A stretch of 64,000 nucleotides of DNA from Thermoanaerobaculia bacterium (GCA_963719225.1 CAVRAY010000001.1:2144001-2208000), one strand, 5' to 3'; shown: positions 52,788-62,300, numbered from the stretch's first letter. Program-made: numbers and translations. The notes: generated from the letters alone by a model not told the origin.

Positions 52788-53225
52788 ATGCGTCGCTTCC
52801 GCGTCCTCCTCGCATTCATCCTGCCAGCTCTGCTGCTGCTCGAATACCTCTGCTTCTCCAACGTCTCGCTCTTTGACGATAGCGGGCGCGACGGCCTGCG
52901 CTTTGGCACGAGTTACTCATTCCTGCCTGTCGGGGACCGCGCATCGCACGTGCTCTACTGGTGCCAGCCCGTTCTAACATTTCCCGTCCGTCCGGTACTT
53001 CAACTCTCGGGTCGCGGTCTACCCGTGCCCTCTGCATTCCCACCCACCGGTATTCGAGGCGTCGCGTTTCGCGTCGCCTATCCCTTCTTCCGCAACCCGC
53101 TAACCGAACGTGCGGTGCGCTTGAACCTCGCGTGGCTCGCGGTTCTAAATCTCACCCTCCAGGCGAGCATCCTTTTTCTCCTCGTGCGGCTACGTTCGGC
53201 TCTCCGGCCGGCCGAGGCCGCCTAA
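52788..53225 (+). CDS. Cassette 1: hypothetical membrane protein
   Basis: Hydrophobic N and C termini; TAA stop inside R''. Confidence 0.7.
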   Translation: MRRFRVLLAFILPALLLLEYLCFSNVSLFDDSGRDGLRFGTSYSFLPVGDRASHVLYWCQPVLTFPVRPVLQLSGRGLPVPSAFPPTGIRGVAFRVAYPFFRNPLTERAVRLNLAWLAVLNLTLQASILFLLVRLRSALRPAEAA

Positions 53226-53279
53226 CAACGCGCTGCAGCGGACTCGCTACGCTCGCCGCTGAGCTTGATATCGTTAGGC
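53220..53279 (+). repeat. attC site 1
   Basis: R'' GCCTAAC, L'' GCTGCAGC / L' GCTGAGC (one extrahelical base), R' GTTAGGC; 60 bp. Confidence 0.93.
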
Positions 53280-53317
53280 CGCATTCACGGGTTTCCGGAG
53301 ACACTGGAGGCCACATC

Positions 53318-53794
53318 ATGCTCGGCGCATTACTCCCGCGGCGTATGGACAATGAGTATCGCGGCCACACGTTGGCGCTCTGGCTCTTTGGCCTGGTAAT
53401 CGCAATGAAGAGCACCCAGAGCCTAGCCATCATTTTCAACGGGTACCCGACGGCAAGAGATGCCGACGGGATTCCACTCGATTCATTCACACCGGCGGTC
53501 GCGCAAACGGTGGTCGCGGTTTTTGCTCAAGGATCGCTTTGGCGCCTATTCTTCTGTCTCCTGTGCGTGCTCGTGCTCTTTCGATATCGAAGCGCGGTCC
53601 CCTTGATGTTCGGGCTCCTCGCGTTGAACTACCTGGCCGCACAGCTGATCCTGATCTTCGTTCCACTACCTCGCGTGGGGGCGCCGGTCGGGCCGCTGGT
53701 GAACCTAGGCTTGTTCGTCGTCATGCTCGTTGGCCTAGGGCTTTCGCTGTGGCGCCGCGGTGGCTCCGTCGCGAACGAGTCACGCGCGGCCTAA
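53318..53794 (+). CDS. Cassette 2: hypothetical membrane protein (DADGIPLDSF motif)
   Basis: GGAGG RBS, about 4 TM segments, stop in R''. Confidence 0.8.
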   Translation: MLGALLPRRMDNEYRGHTLALWLFGLVIAMKSTQSLAIIFNGYPTARDADGIPLDSFTPAVAQTVVAVFAQGSLWRLFFCLLCVLVLFRYRSAVPLMFGLLALNYLAAQLILIFVPLPRVGAPVGPLVNLGLFVVMLVGLGLSLWRRGGSVANESRAA

Positions 53795-53848
53795 CAACGC
53801 GCTGCAGCGGACTCGCTACGCTCGCCGCTGAGCTTGATATCGTTAGGC
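53789..53848 (+). repeat. attC site 2
   Basis: Same 60-bp sequence as attC1. Confidence 0.93.
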
Positions 53849-53852
53849 GCCG

Positions 53853-54337
53853 ATGAGTCGACCTTTAGGAGGTTCCGTGCTGCCTCGAAGCCCGTTTCCC
53901 GCCGGACTAGCAGTTTTTAGCGGCGGCATCGCCGGGCTGCTGGGGTCCTTCATTGTATTCTTCGTTCTAGGCACCTCTAGCATCTTTGTTACTGCATCAT
54001 CCACCCGCAACCCAGCATTCCCCTGGGTGTTCTGATTGCATTCAGCGAGGCAGTTATGGGCGCAGTGGCCTACGGCTGGCTATCGCTGCCTCTCGGTATC
54101 CTTTCAGCCTTCGCAATCGCGGCCACAACGCGCACCTTCCCGTCGTCCGCGCCACTCGTAGTCGGCGGTGTTTCGGCTCTACTGGTTGGCGTCATGGCCT
54201 ACTTCGCGGTTGCACTCGTGCCGAGTCGCTGGGAGCTCTCGCCTGTTTACATCAGCGCGGTCACCGCCGGCTTCACCTGGCTCGGAGGTGTCTTCTTCGC
54301 GCGCCGCACCCGTTTAGCTACACCAGACGGCGCCTAA
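53853..54337 (+). CDS. Cassette 3: membrane protein split by a frameshift
   Basis: Hydrophobic ORFs 53853-54035 and 54056-54337 fill the cassette; stop in R''. Confidence 0.55.
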
Positions 54338-54391
54338 CAACGCGCTGCAGCGGACTCGCTTCGCTCGCCGCTGAGCTTGATATCGTTGGGC
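54332..54391 (+). repeat. attC site 3
   Basis: GCCTAAC...GTTGGGC. Confidence 0.92.
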
Positions 54392-54426
54392 GGCGAAGGG
54401 CTAAACTGAGCATGAAGGAGCGGCAC

Positions 54427-54810
54427 ATGCGAATTTCTAAGCTGGCGCTCGTACTTCTATTCGCCGCAACTCCCCTAGCCGCCGACACACCCTGCGCGCG
54501 AACCATTGGTGGCCGGCACATTCCTGCATTTGTCGGCGTCGGCTCGGAGGGCCTCGATTTTCAGAAGCGCTGCCTCGTCTGGGAATACTCCGCTGAGCCC
54601 AAGGCTGAATTCATCCCTGCTCCGGAGGCACCGTCCTTTTCCCCAGCCTCACAGGTCGTCGTAATCCAGCCGGCTCCCAACCGCCAATCGGGCTCACTGG
54701 CCCTCTCGGATCTCCTCTCGCGGAGTCTCAGCATTAAGCCAGGTATTTCCGAATCCGCGCTCACCTCCGTGTCAGAGGGTTCGGATCCCCAGCTTCCTGC
54801 GGTTAAGTAG
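54427..54810 (+). CDS. Cassette 4: exported hypothetical protein
   Basis: AAGGAG RBS; signal peptide MRISKLALVLLFAATPLAA. Confidence 0.7.
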   Translation: MRISKLALVLLFAATPLAADTPCARTIGGRHIPAFVGVGSEGLDFQKRCLVWEYSAEPKAEFIPAPEAPSFSPASQVVVIQPAPNRQSGSLALSDLLSRSLSIKPGISESALTSVSEGSDPQLPAVK

Positions 54811-54959
54811 CGGGTTCCGGCGCCGCCCAACACCTCATATCTGGACTCCTCCTTGGGATCAAGTGCGGGCGGTCTGTGGTTTTTCTCCTTCTAAGAAATC
54901 AGGCGATCCTGGGTCGTCGGGGCGATTCCTGCGTGGGAACGCGATCGATGGTGATGAGC

Positions 54960-55110
54960 GGAGAAGGTCGCGACGGCACTCGTATCTACGGCCTCTTCTG
55001 TTGGAGCCTTCGTGGGCTCCGGGCCAGGATGAAATCCGCACACGGGGGGCCAATCGTTGTGCAACGGCTTCTTGGAGCCAGAGGTGTTATCGGCTTTGCC
55101 CCGTGTCGGT
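54960..55110 (-). ncRNA. Predicted bridge/seek RNA of the IS1111-type element (same in copies 2 and 3)
   Basis: Two stem-internal-loop-stem modules; loop strands match the attC target (AACACCUC, CCGUUGCA) and the IS ends (UUCAUCC, AGAUA). Boundaries approximate. Confidence 0.72.
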
Positions 55111-55187
55111 CGGACCGAGCTCATCTGTCGCATCTTTCGCGTTCGTCGGCGGGAAGGGCTGACGGGTTTCTCTCCCACTTTCTCGTT

Positions 55188-56243
55188 TCAGGCAGAAGCG
55201 GTTGCTGGAGGGTTCTGAGCGGCGAACCTGGCCTTGAACGGCTCGCCCCGCGTCGCGACGGCCCAGATGATCCGGGCGAGCTTGTTTGCGACGGCGACTG
55301 CGGCGCGGTTTCGCCCGCGCCTGTTCTCGACCTCGAGCGCCCATCGCTGCAGGTCATGCGGCCTTTTCCTGCGATGGGCCGAGAGCAGCATCGAGCGGGC
55401 CCCGCCGATCAAAAGCGTCCTGAGGTACGGGTCTCCGGCCTTGCTGATCGACCCGAGCCACCTTCTCTTTCCGCTCGAGCTTTCCTTCGGCGTCAGCCCG
55501 AGCGAGCTCGCAAACTTCCGTCCCGACTTGAAGCGCAGGAAGTCTCCGACCATCGCAGAAAACGCCGTGGCGTTCAGGAGACCTACACCCGGAATCGTCT
55601 CGAGCCTCTCGACGAGAGGAGCCGTCCGGGCCAGGGCCTTCAGCTGCTTTTCGACCTGCCCGCTTCTTTCCTCGAGCTCTCGGGCCTCGGCCATCATCGC
55701 CATGAGCGCCGCGTGAAGGGGTTCGGGCACGGGCGAGGAAGACTGCGAGAGGGCTTCGAAAAGCGCCGGCTGGACTCTCTCGGCTCCCTCGGCAATCACA
55801 ACCCCGAATTCCCTCAGCAGACCTCTCACGGTGTTCAGCCGGGCGGTCCGGGTCTTCATCAGCGCCGCGCGCACCCGGTGAAGCGCGCAGATGGTCTGCT
55901 GCTCGACCGTCTTGACGGGCACGGCGACGATCGTTTCTCGGTGCCGCGCGCTCAGGATCGCTTCGGCGTCCCTGCGGTCGATCTTCTGGCCGATGCGGTA
56001 CGGCCTGACGTGCTGCGCCGGAAGCAGCCGCACGTCGTGCCCGAGCTCCTGCGCCTTGCGGCCCCAGTAGTGCGAGGTGCCACACGTCTCCATGAGGATC
56101 GTGGCCCTGGGGCACTGCGAAAGAAACGTGATCATCTGCCCTCGGCTCAGCCGCTTCCTCTGGCAGATGCGCCCCCCGCGCTCGACGGCAATCTCGAAGA
56201 CGCTCTTGGACAGGTCGATCGCGATCGTCGTAGGATTCTCCAT
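55188..56243 (-). CDS. IS110-family (DEDD RuvC + Tnp20) recombinase, copy 1
   Basis: IAIDLSK, METCG, KIDRRDA, IPGVG, GLTP..SSSGK, ANKLAR. Confidence 0.95.
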   Translation of the reverse strand: MENPTTIAIDLSKSVFEIAVERGGRICQRKRLSRGQMITFLSQCPRATILMETCGTSHYWGRKAQELGHDVRLLPAQHVRPYRIGQKIDRRDAEAILSARHRETIVAVPVKTVEQQTICALHRVRAALMKTRTARLNTVRGLLREFGVVIAEGAERVQPALFEALSQSSSPVPEPLHAALMAMMAEARELEERSGQVEKQLKALARTAPLVERLETIPGVGLLNATAFSAMVGDFLRFKSGRKFASSLGLTPKESSSGKRRWLGSISKAGDPYLRTLLIGGARSMLLSAHRRKRPHDLQRWALEVENRRGRNRAAVAVANKLARIIWAVATRGEPFKARFAAQNPPATASA

Positions 56244-56407
56244 GGACTCCTCCTTTTCGGCTTCACTCTCCGACTCGATGACGTTGGCACACAGATGCCG
56301 TTTTCACGTCATGAAGGAGGAGTCCACTTCATCCCTGCAGCGGACTCGTCGTCAGTCGCTGCGCTCCTTCCTCCTCGCCGCTGAGCTTGATATCGTTAGG
56401 CCGCTCA

Positions 56408-56791
56408 ATGGTGCAAGTGGAACAAGCGGCATGGCCTCGCGAGCGCCGAATCAGGTTTGCCAGAGTAACGGCCCTTCTCGCCGGTGCCGCATCCGTCATT
56501 CCCTCCTGCTGGATGCTTTCTCTCGGGCCCTTCAAACCCTCGGAGTGGAACCTCGTCCACCTCGTGGTACTGCTCCTGCCGTGGCCCGGCCTCGTCGGCG
56601 CGTTTATCTTGCGGCGGCGACCTGACGAGGCCATCGCGCTTTTCCTGTTCAGCGCGGCCGGTTGCGGTTACATGTCCGTGTTTCTTTTCCCCTTGCCCTT
56701 CTGGGTCCCAGCCGCCCTGTTCTGGTTCGTTGCCGTGGGCTTCGCGTGGGGCCCGGCGCCCACGGCACAACTTCCCGCGCCCCACAGCTAG
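56408..56791 (+). CDS. Cassette 5: hypothetical membrane protein
   Basis: About 4 hydrophobic segments; starts 7 nt after R'. Confidence 0.65.
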   Translation: MVQVEQAAWPRERRIRFARVTALLAGAASVIPSCWMLSLGPFKPSEWNLVHLVVLLLPWPGLVGAFILRRRPDEAIALFLFSAAGCGYMSVFLFPLPFWVPAALFWFVAVGFAWGPAPTAQLPAPHS

Positions 56792-56823
56792 CCTGCCAGG
56801 CCACAAGGAGCGGCCTAACAACG

Positions 56824-58320
56824 TATCTGGACTCCTCCTTGGGATCAAGTGCGGGCGGTCTGTGGTTTTTCTCCTTCTAAGAAATCAGGCGATCCTGGGT
56901 CGTCGGGGCGATTCCTGCGTGGGAACGCGATCGATGGTGATGAGCGGAGAAGGTCGCGACGGCACTCGTATCTACGGCCTCTTCTGTTGGAGCCTTCGTG
57001 GGCTCCGGGCCAGGATGAAATCCGCACACGGGGAGCCAATCGTTGTGCAACGGCTTCTTGGAGCCAGAGGTGTTATCGGCTTTGCCCCGTGTCGGTCGGA
57101 CCGAGCTCATCTGTCGCATCTTTCGCGTTCGTCGGCGGGAAGGGCTGACGGGTTTCTCTCCCACTTTCTCGTTTCAGGCAGAAGCGGTTGCTGGAGGGTT
57201 CTGAGCGGCGAACCTGGCCTTGAACGGCTCGCCCCGCGTTGCGACGGCCCAGATGATCCGGGCGAGCTTGTTTGCGACGGCGACTGCGGCGCGGTTTCGC
57301 CCGCGCCTGTTCTCGACCTCGAGCGCCCATTGCTGCAGGTCATGCGGCCTTTTCCTGCGATGGGCCGAGAGCAGCATCGAGCGGGCCCCGCCGATCAAAA
57401 GCGTCCTGAGGTACGGGTCTCCGGCCTTGCTGATCGACCCGAGCCACCTTCTCTTTCCGCTCGAGCTTTCCTTCGGCGTCAGCCCGAGCGAGCTCGCAAA
57501 CTTCCGTCCCGACTTGAAGCGCAGGAAGTCTCCGACCATCGCAGAAAACGCCGTGGCGTTCAGGAGACCTACACCCGGAATCGTCTCGAGCCTCTCGACG
57601 AGAGGAGCCGTCCGGGCCAGGGCCTTCAGCTGCTTTTCGACCTGCCCGCTTCTTTCCTCGAGCTCTCGGGCCTCGGCCATCATCGCCATGAGCGCCGCGT
57701 GAAGGGGTTCGGGCACGGGCGAGGAAGACTGCGAGAGGGCTTCGAAAAGCGCCGGCTGGACTCTCTCGGCTCCCTCGGCAATCACAACCCCGAATTCCCT
57801 CAGCAGACCTCTCACGGTGTTCAGCCGGGCGGTCCGGGTCTTCATCAGCGCCGCGCGCACCCGGTGAAGCGCGCAGATGGTCTGCTGCTCGACCGTCTTG
57901 ACGGGCACGGCGACGATCGTTTCTCGGTGCCGCGCGCTCAGGATCGCTTCGGCGTCCCTGCGGTCGATCTTCTGGCCGATGCGGTACGGCCTGACGTGCT
58001 GCGCCGGAAGCAGCCGCACGTCGTGCCCGAGCTCCTGCGCCTTGCGGCCCCAGTAGTGCGAGGTGCCACACGTCTCCATGAGGATCGTGGCCCTGGGGCA
58101 CTGTGAAAGAAACGTGATCATCTGCCCTCGGCTCAGCCGCTTCCTCTGGCAGATGCGCCCCCCGCGCTCGACGGCAATCTCGAAGACGCTCTTGGACAGG
58201 TCGATCGCGATCGTCGTAGGATTCTCCATGGACTCCTCCTTTTCGGCTTCACTCTCCGACTCGATGACGTTGGCACACAGATGCCGTTTTCACGTCATGA
58301 AGGAGGAGTCCACTTCATCC
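56824..58320 (-). mobile_element. IS1111-type element, copy 2
   Basis: Same ends and length as copy 1, with a few substitutions. Confidence 0.92.
57174..58229 (-). CDS. IS110-family recombinase, copy 2
   Basis: Differs from copy 1 at LQQW vs LQRW. Confidence 0.95.
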   Translation of the reverse strand: MENPTTIAIDLSKSVFEIAVERGGRICQRKRLSRGQMITFLSQCPRATILMETCGTSHYWGRKAQELGHDVRLLPAQHVRPYRIGQKIDRRDAEAILSARHRETIVAVPVKTVEQQTICALHRVRAALMKTRTARLNTVRGLLREFGVVIAEGAERVQPALFEALSQSSSPVPEPLHAALMAMMAEARELEERSGQVEKQLKALARTAPLVERLETIPGVGLLNATAFSAMVGDFLRFKSGRKFASSLGLTPKESSSGKRRWLGSISKAGDPYLRTLLIGGARSMLLSAHRRKRPHDLQQWALEVENRRGRNRAAVAVANKLARIIWAVATRGEPFKARFAAQNPPATASA

Positions 58321-58373
58321 CTGCAGCGGACTCGCTACGCTCGCCGCTGAGCTTGATATCGTTAGACGGCCAA

Positions 58374-58865
58374 ATGTGCAGAAACCCCAGCAGACTCGTC
58401 GTAGTAGCGGTGTTTCTTCTTCTCGTGCGCCATGTCCATGGCCAGAAGGCTAACGCCCGGCTGGACGGCCGCGTGACCGCGGCGGACGGCGCATCCCTGC
58501 CAGGTGTCGCAATCCGGCTCGAGTCATCAACTATTTCGGGCATGCCGGTTCACGTCACGAACGCGTATGGCGAGTACTACGTGGTGTTTCTGGCTCCCGG
58601 TACGTATTCAGTCACGGCCGAACTAAGCGGCTTCGTCCCTCAAACCCAGTCGGCCACCCTGTCGGCCCAGCGGCCAGCGGTTATCGCTAACTTCAAGCTC
58701 GCCCTCCAGCAACCGCAGACGCCTATTCGGGTCGCCTTTGTCGACCCCAGCTTCTCGGTCGGCGCTACCACCGCTCCGTCGGGTCTGCCTTTCCTACCCC
58801 CGGCCATTCCATCACTTCCAATCACTCGCTCTTACGGCCCCACCTTTGTGGGGCGGGGTCCCTGA
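58374..58865 (+). CDS. Cassette 6: exported carboxypeptidase-regulatory-like domain protein
   Basis: Signal peptide; GRVTAADGASLPGV...TNAYGEY...LAPGTYSVTAELSGF. Confidence 0.75.
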   Translation: MCRNPSRLVVVAVFLLLVRHVHGQKANARLDGRVTAADGASLPGVAIRLESSTISGMPVHVTNAYGEYYVVFLAPGTYSVTAELSGFVPQTQSATLSAQRPAVIANFKLALQQPQTPIRVAFVDPSFSVGATTAPSGLPFLPPAIPSLPITRSYGPTFVGRGP

Positions 58866-58884
58866 GTGGTTCGGCCGCGTGGCC

Positions 58885-58944
58885 GTCTAACAACGCGCTC
58901 CAGCGGACTCGCTGCGCTCGCCGCTGAGCTTGATATCGTTAGCC
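58885..58944 (+). repeat. attC site 6
   Basis: GTCTAAC...GTTAGCC. Confidence 0.92.
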
Positions 58945-58960
58945 GCCGTATAATCACGAC

Positions 58961-59182
58961 ATGTCGACGCCCGTACTCGACGACGCTCTTCGCCTCCCGG
59001 TTACGGAGCGAATCGAGCTCGTTCAGGCCATCTGGGACAGCATCGTGGCGGAATCCGCTTCGGTGCTGGTCACGGACGAGCAGCGTGCCGAAATCGACCG
59101 GCGGCTCTCGGACGCGGCGTCGAACCCTAAAGACGAACGGCCGTGGTCCGAGGTTCGCTCGTCCTTAGAACGTAGCCGGTGA
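58961..59182 (+). CDS. Cassette 7: putative addiction-module antitoxin (TIGR02574-like)
   Basis: LPVTERIELVQAIWDSI...EIDRRL...PWSEV. Confidence 0.85.
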   Translation: MSTPVLDDALRLPVTERIELVQAIWDSIVAESASVLVTDEQRAEIDRRLSDAASNPKDERPWSEVRSSLERSR

Positions 59183-59481
59183 GCCTGCCGGTCGTTTTTC
59201 GCGGCCTCGCGGATCGCGAGGTTCACGCAATCCAGGCCTGGTACGAGGCACGGCAAGCCGGCCTCGGGGGCCGGTTTAGGGCTTCACTCGATCTTGTCGT
59301 GCAACTCATCTCTGAGCATCCTCTCGCCTGCCCTCTGGCTCACCGCGACGCCCGGCGCGCGCTCGTCCCTGGCTTTCCGTACGCGCTGTTCTACGTCGTG
59401 CTTCCTGACCGCATTCGGGTTCTGGCCTGCCTGCATCAGCATCGCGGGCCAGCGGCCGTCCGGGAAGCGCTCACCCGTTAG
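59179..59481 (+). CDS. Cassette 7: ParE/RelE-family toxin
   Basis: GTGA overlap with the antitoxin; WYEARQAGLG.RF, RRALVPGFPY, VLACLH..R.P. Confidence 0.85.
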   Translation: MSLPVVFRGLADREVHAIQAWYEARQAGLGGRFRASLDLVVQLISEHPLACPLAHRDARRALVPGFPYALFYVVLPDRIRVLACLHQHRGPAAVREALTR

Positions 59482-59485
59482 CGGC

Positions 59486-59545
59486 GGCTAACAACGCGCT
59501 GCAGCGGACTCGCTTCGCTCGCCGCTGAGCTTGATATCGTTAGGC
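59486..59545 (+). repeat. attC site 7
   Basis: GGCTAAC...GTTAGGC. Confidence 0.92.
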
Positions 59546-59564
59546 AGCAGAAAGCGCTGCCACG

Positions 59565-59798
59565 TTGGATTTCGAGCTTCTCTCTCCGATCACCGGCATC
59601 GAGACCATCGCGCGCGGCGCGGCCATTCGCGAAGTGGCGAGGCTACGTCGAGCGTACGGTTCAGGGCGCTGGCTTAAGCGGAAGGGCTTCGCTTTCGTCC
59701 GCGCCGCCGATGGTCTAACCTATCGTGCGGAGATTCACTGGTATGAAGCGAGCGGCATCGGGCGCAAGGAACTCAAGGTCAAGCGGTACTTCCCGTAG
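59565..59798 (+). CDS. Cassette 8, gene A: small basic hypothetical protein
   Basis: IETIA..IRE..RLRRAYG.GRW.K.KG...AEIHWYEA.GIG.KE.K.K. Confidence 0.75.
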   Translation: MDFELLSPITGIETIARGAAIREVARLRRAYGSGRWLKRKGFAFVRAADGLTYRAEIHWYEASGIGRKELKVKRYFP

Positions 59799-59802
59799 CG
59801 CG

Positions 59803-60033
59803 GTGCCAGCGCGTCGGTGGGTCATCTGCGTCAACTCGGCGGGCTACGCGGCCTCGCTCGAGGTCGGTAAGGTCTATCGCACGCTCGGTGCGCCGGCACA
59901 CGGGCCCGCGGACCACCTGCGCGTTGTCGACGAGTCGGGCGAGGACTACGTCTATCCGAAGAACCTCTTTAGGGCCATCACTCTTCCTGCCCAGGTTCAG
60001 CGCGCACTCGGTCACGCGGTCCCTGCTGCCTAA
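59803..60033 (+). CDS. Cassette 8, gene B: small hypothetical protein
   Basis: ICV...Y.ASLE.GKVY...LRVVDESGEDYVYP; stop in R''. Confidence 0.75.
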   Translation: MPARRWVICVNSAGYAASLEVGKVYRTLGAPAHGPADHLRVVDESGEDYVYPKNLFRAITLPAQVQRALGHAVPAA

Positions 60034-60087
60034 CAACGCGCTGCAGCGGACTCGCTGCGCTCGCCGCTGAGCTTGATATCGTTAGCT
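60028..60087 (+). repeat. attC site 8
   Basis: GCCTAAC...GTTAGCT. Confidence 0.92.
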
Positions 60088-60144
60088 GGCTAAGACTCAC
60101 GGTCGCGAGTAGACTGCATTCGACACTCCAGTCTGGAGGACACT

Positions 60145-60525
60145 ATGCGACACATACGTTCCAGTGTCGTCATCGCATCCGTCACGGCTCTTCTCGCCGC
60201 TTGCGGATCCTCTCCAACCGAACCTACCAACACTCAGGGCCTGCGCACGACCGTCAAGATCACAGTCACGACGTGCGAACTCGGCGGAAGCGTGGTGGTT
60301 CTCTCTGACGGCGGCGGTGCTCCCGTTACCCTATTAACACCAGGAGAGGCCACGCTCAGCCTCACTCCGGGCCCGCATTCCCTGTCATACCAGCGTGGCA
60401 ACCAGGTGTTTGGGGGCGACGTGCTTCTCATCGGTGGTAACACTCTTGGCACGCTTCCGCCCGGCACCACCGCGTCAATCGCAATCCTTAATCCACCCGG
60501 CGCCTGCATGGCAGCACCACAGTAA
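60145..60525 (+). CDS. Cassette 9: lipoprotein
   Basis: GGAGG RBS; lipobox LAAC followed by GSSPTEP. Confidence 0.8.
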   Translation: MRHIRSSVVIASVTALLAACGSSPTEPTNTQGLRTTVKITVTTCELGGSVVVLSDGGGAPVTLLTPGEATLSLTPGPHSLSYQRGNQVFGGDVLLIGGNTLGTLPPGTTASIAILNPPGACMAAPQ

Positions 60526-60574
60526 GAGCATTCTTCCTGCAAAGGGCCTCTTCGGGCGCACGCTCCTGCGCGCC

Positions 60575-60634
60575 AGCTAACAACGCGCTGCAGCGGACTC
60601 GCTGCGCTCGCCGCTGAGCTTGATATCGTTAGGC
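60575..60634 (+). repeat. attC site 9
   Basis: AGCTAAC...GTTAGGC. Confidence 0.92.
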
Positions 60635-60648
60635 GCCGAAGCAGAGTC

Positions 60649-60949
60649 ATGTCACTAGAACGCACCGTCTTCGCTCCAGTAGAGCGCCTCGCAGACGCGC
60701 TCTACCCTTATCGTTGGCGCTTCGTCCTCTCCACGCTGCTCCTGTCTGCCTTTCCTCTCGTGCTCGCCTTCGCCGGGCGGCGCCTTTGGCCCGAGGAGGC
60801 GGTCCGAGTCGTCTTGTATGTGGCTCCCGTTGTAATGACCCTGGTCGTCTGGGTCTGGAGCGCAAACCTCATCGCGGTATGGTTCGGCCCAGCCCGGCTC
60901 AGGCCCCGTCGCATGCCACACACCCTTAAACGCGCCCGCGAGGCTCTTT
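60649..60949 (+). pseudogene. Cassette 10: membrane protein interrupted by IS3
   Basis: Two TM segments; the frame runs into the IS3 left end; only ~26 bp of cassette remain after the IS. Confidence 0.65.
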
Positions 60950-60999
60950 TGAATCGCCCCGGCTTTTCCGGAGGCTCCAACACTTGAGAGGATGGAGCC

Positions 61000-62231
<1,232 letters not shown>

Positions 62232-62300
62232 ACCAGTCTCCGGAGAACCCGGGGTGATTCATTGCCTTTTCGCCACTGCATTAGGGCGCCTAACACCTCA

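Larger units (their letters stand above)
54838..56334 (-). mobile_element. IS110 family, IS1111-type attC-targeting element, copy 1 (1497 bp; ends +/-1-2 nt)
   Basis: 13-bp sub-terminal IRs TGGACTCCTCCTT (54842-54854) / AAGGAGGAGTCCA (56314-56326); no TSD; long non-coding region downstream of tnp. Confidence 0.92.
54825..56401 (+). repeat. attC site 4, split by IS1111-type copy 1 (long-loop variant)
   Basis: GCCCAACACCTC(A) left of the IS; CTGCAGCGG...GTTAGGC (56335-56401) right of it, with ~20 extra bases in the terminal loop. Confidence 0.85.
56813..58367 (+). repeat. attC site 5, split by IS1111-type copy 2
   Basis: GCCTAACAACG | IS | CTGCAGCGG...GTTAGAC. Confidence 0.85.

Noticed and set aside
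54859-55357. Short ORFs in the IS1111 downstream region as passenger genes
   Set aside because: No RBS or coding bias; the region is better explained as structured RNA.
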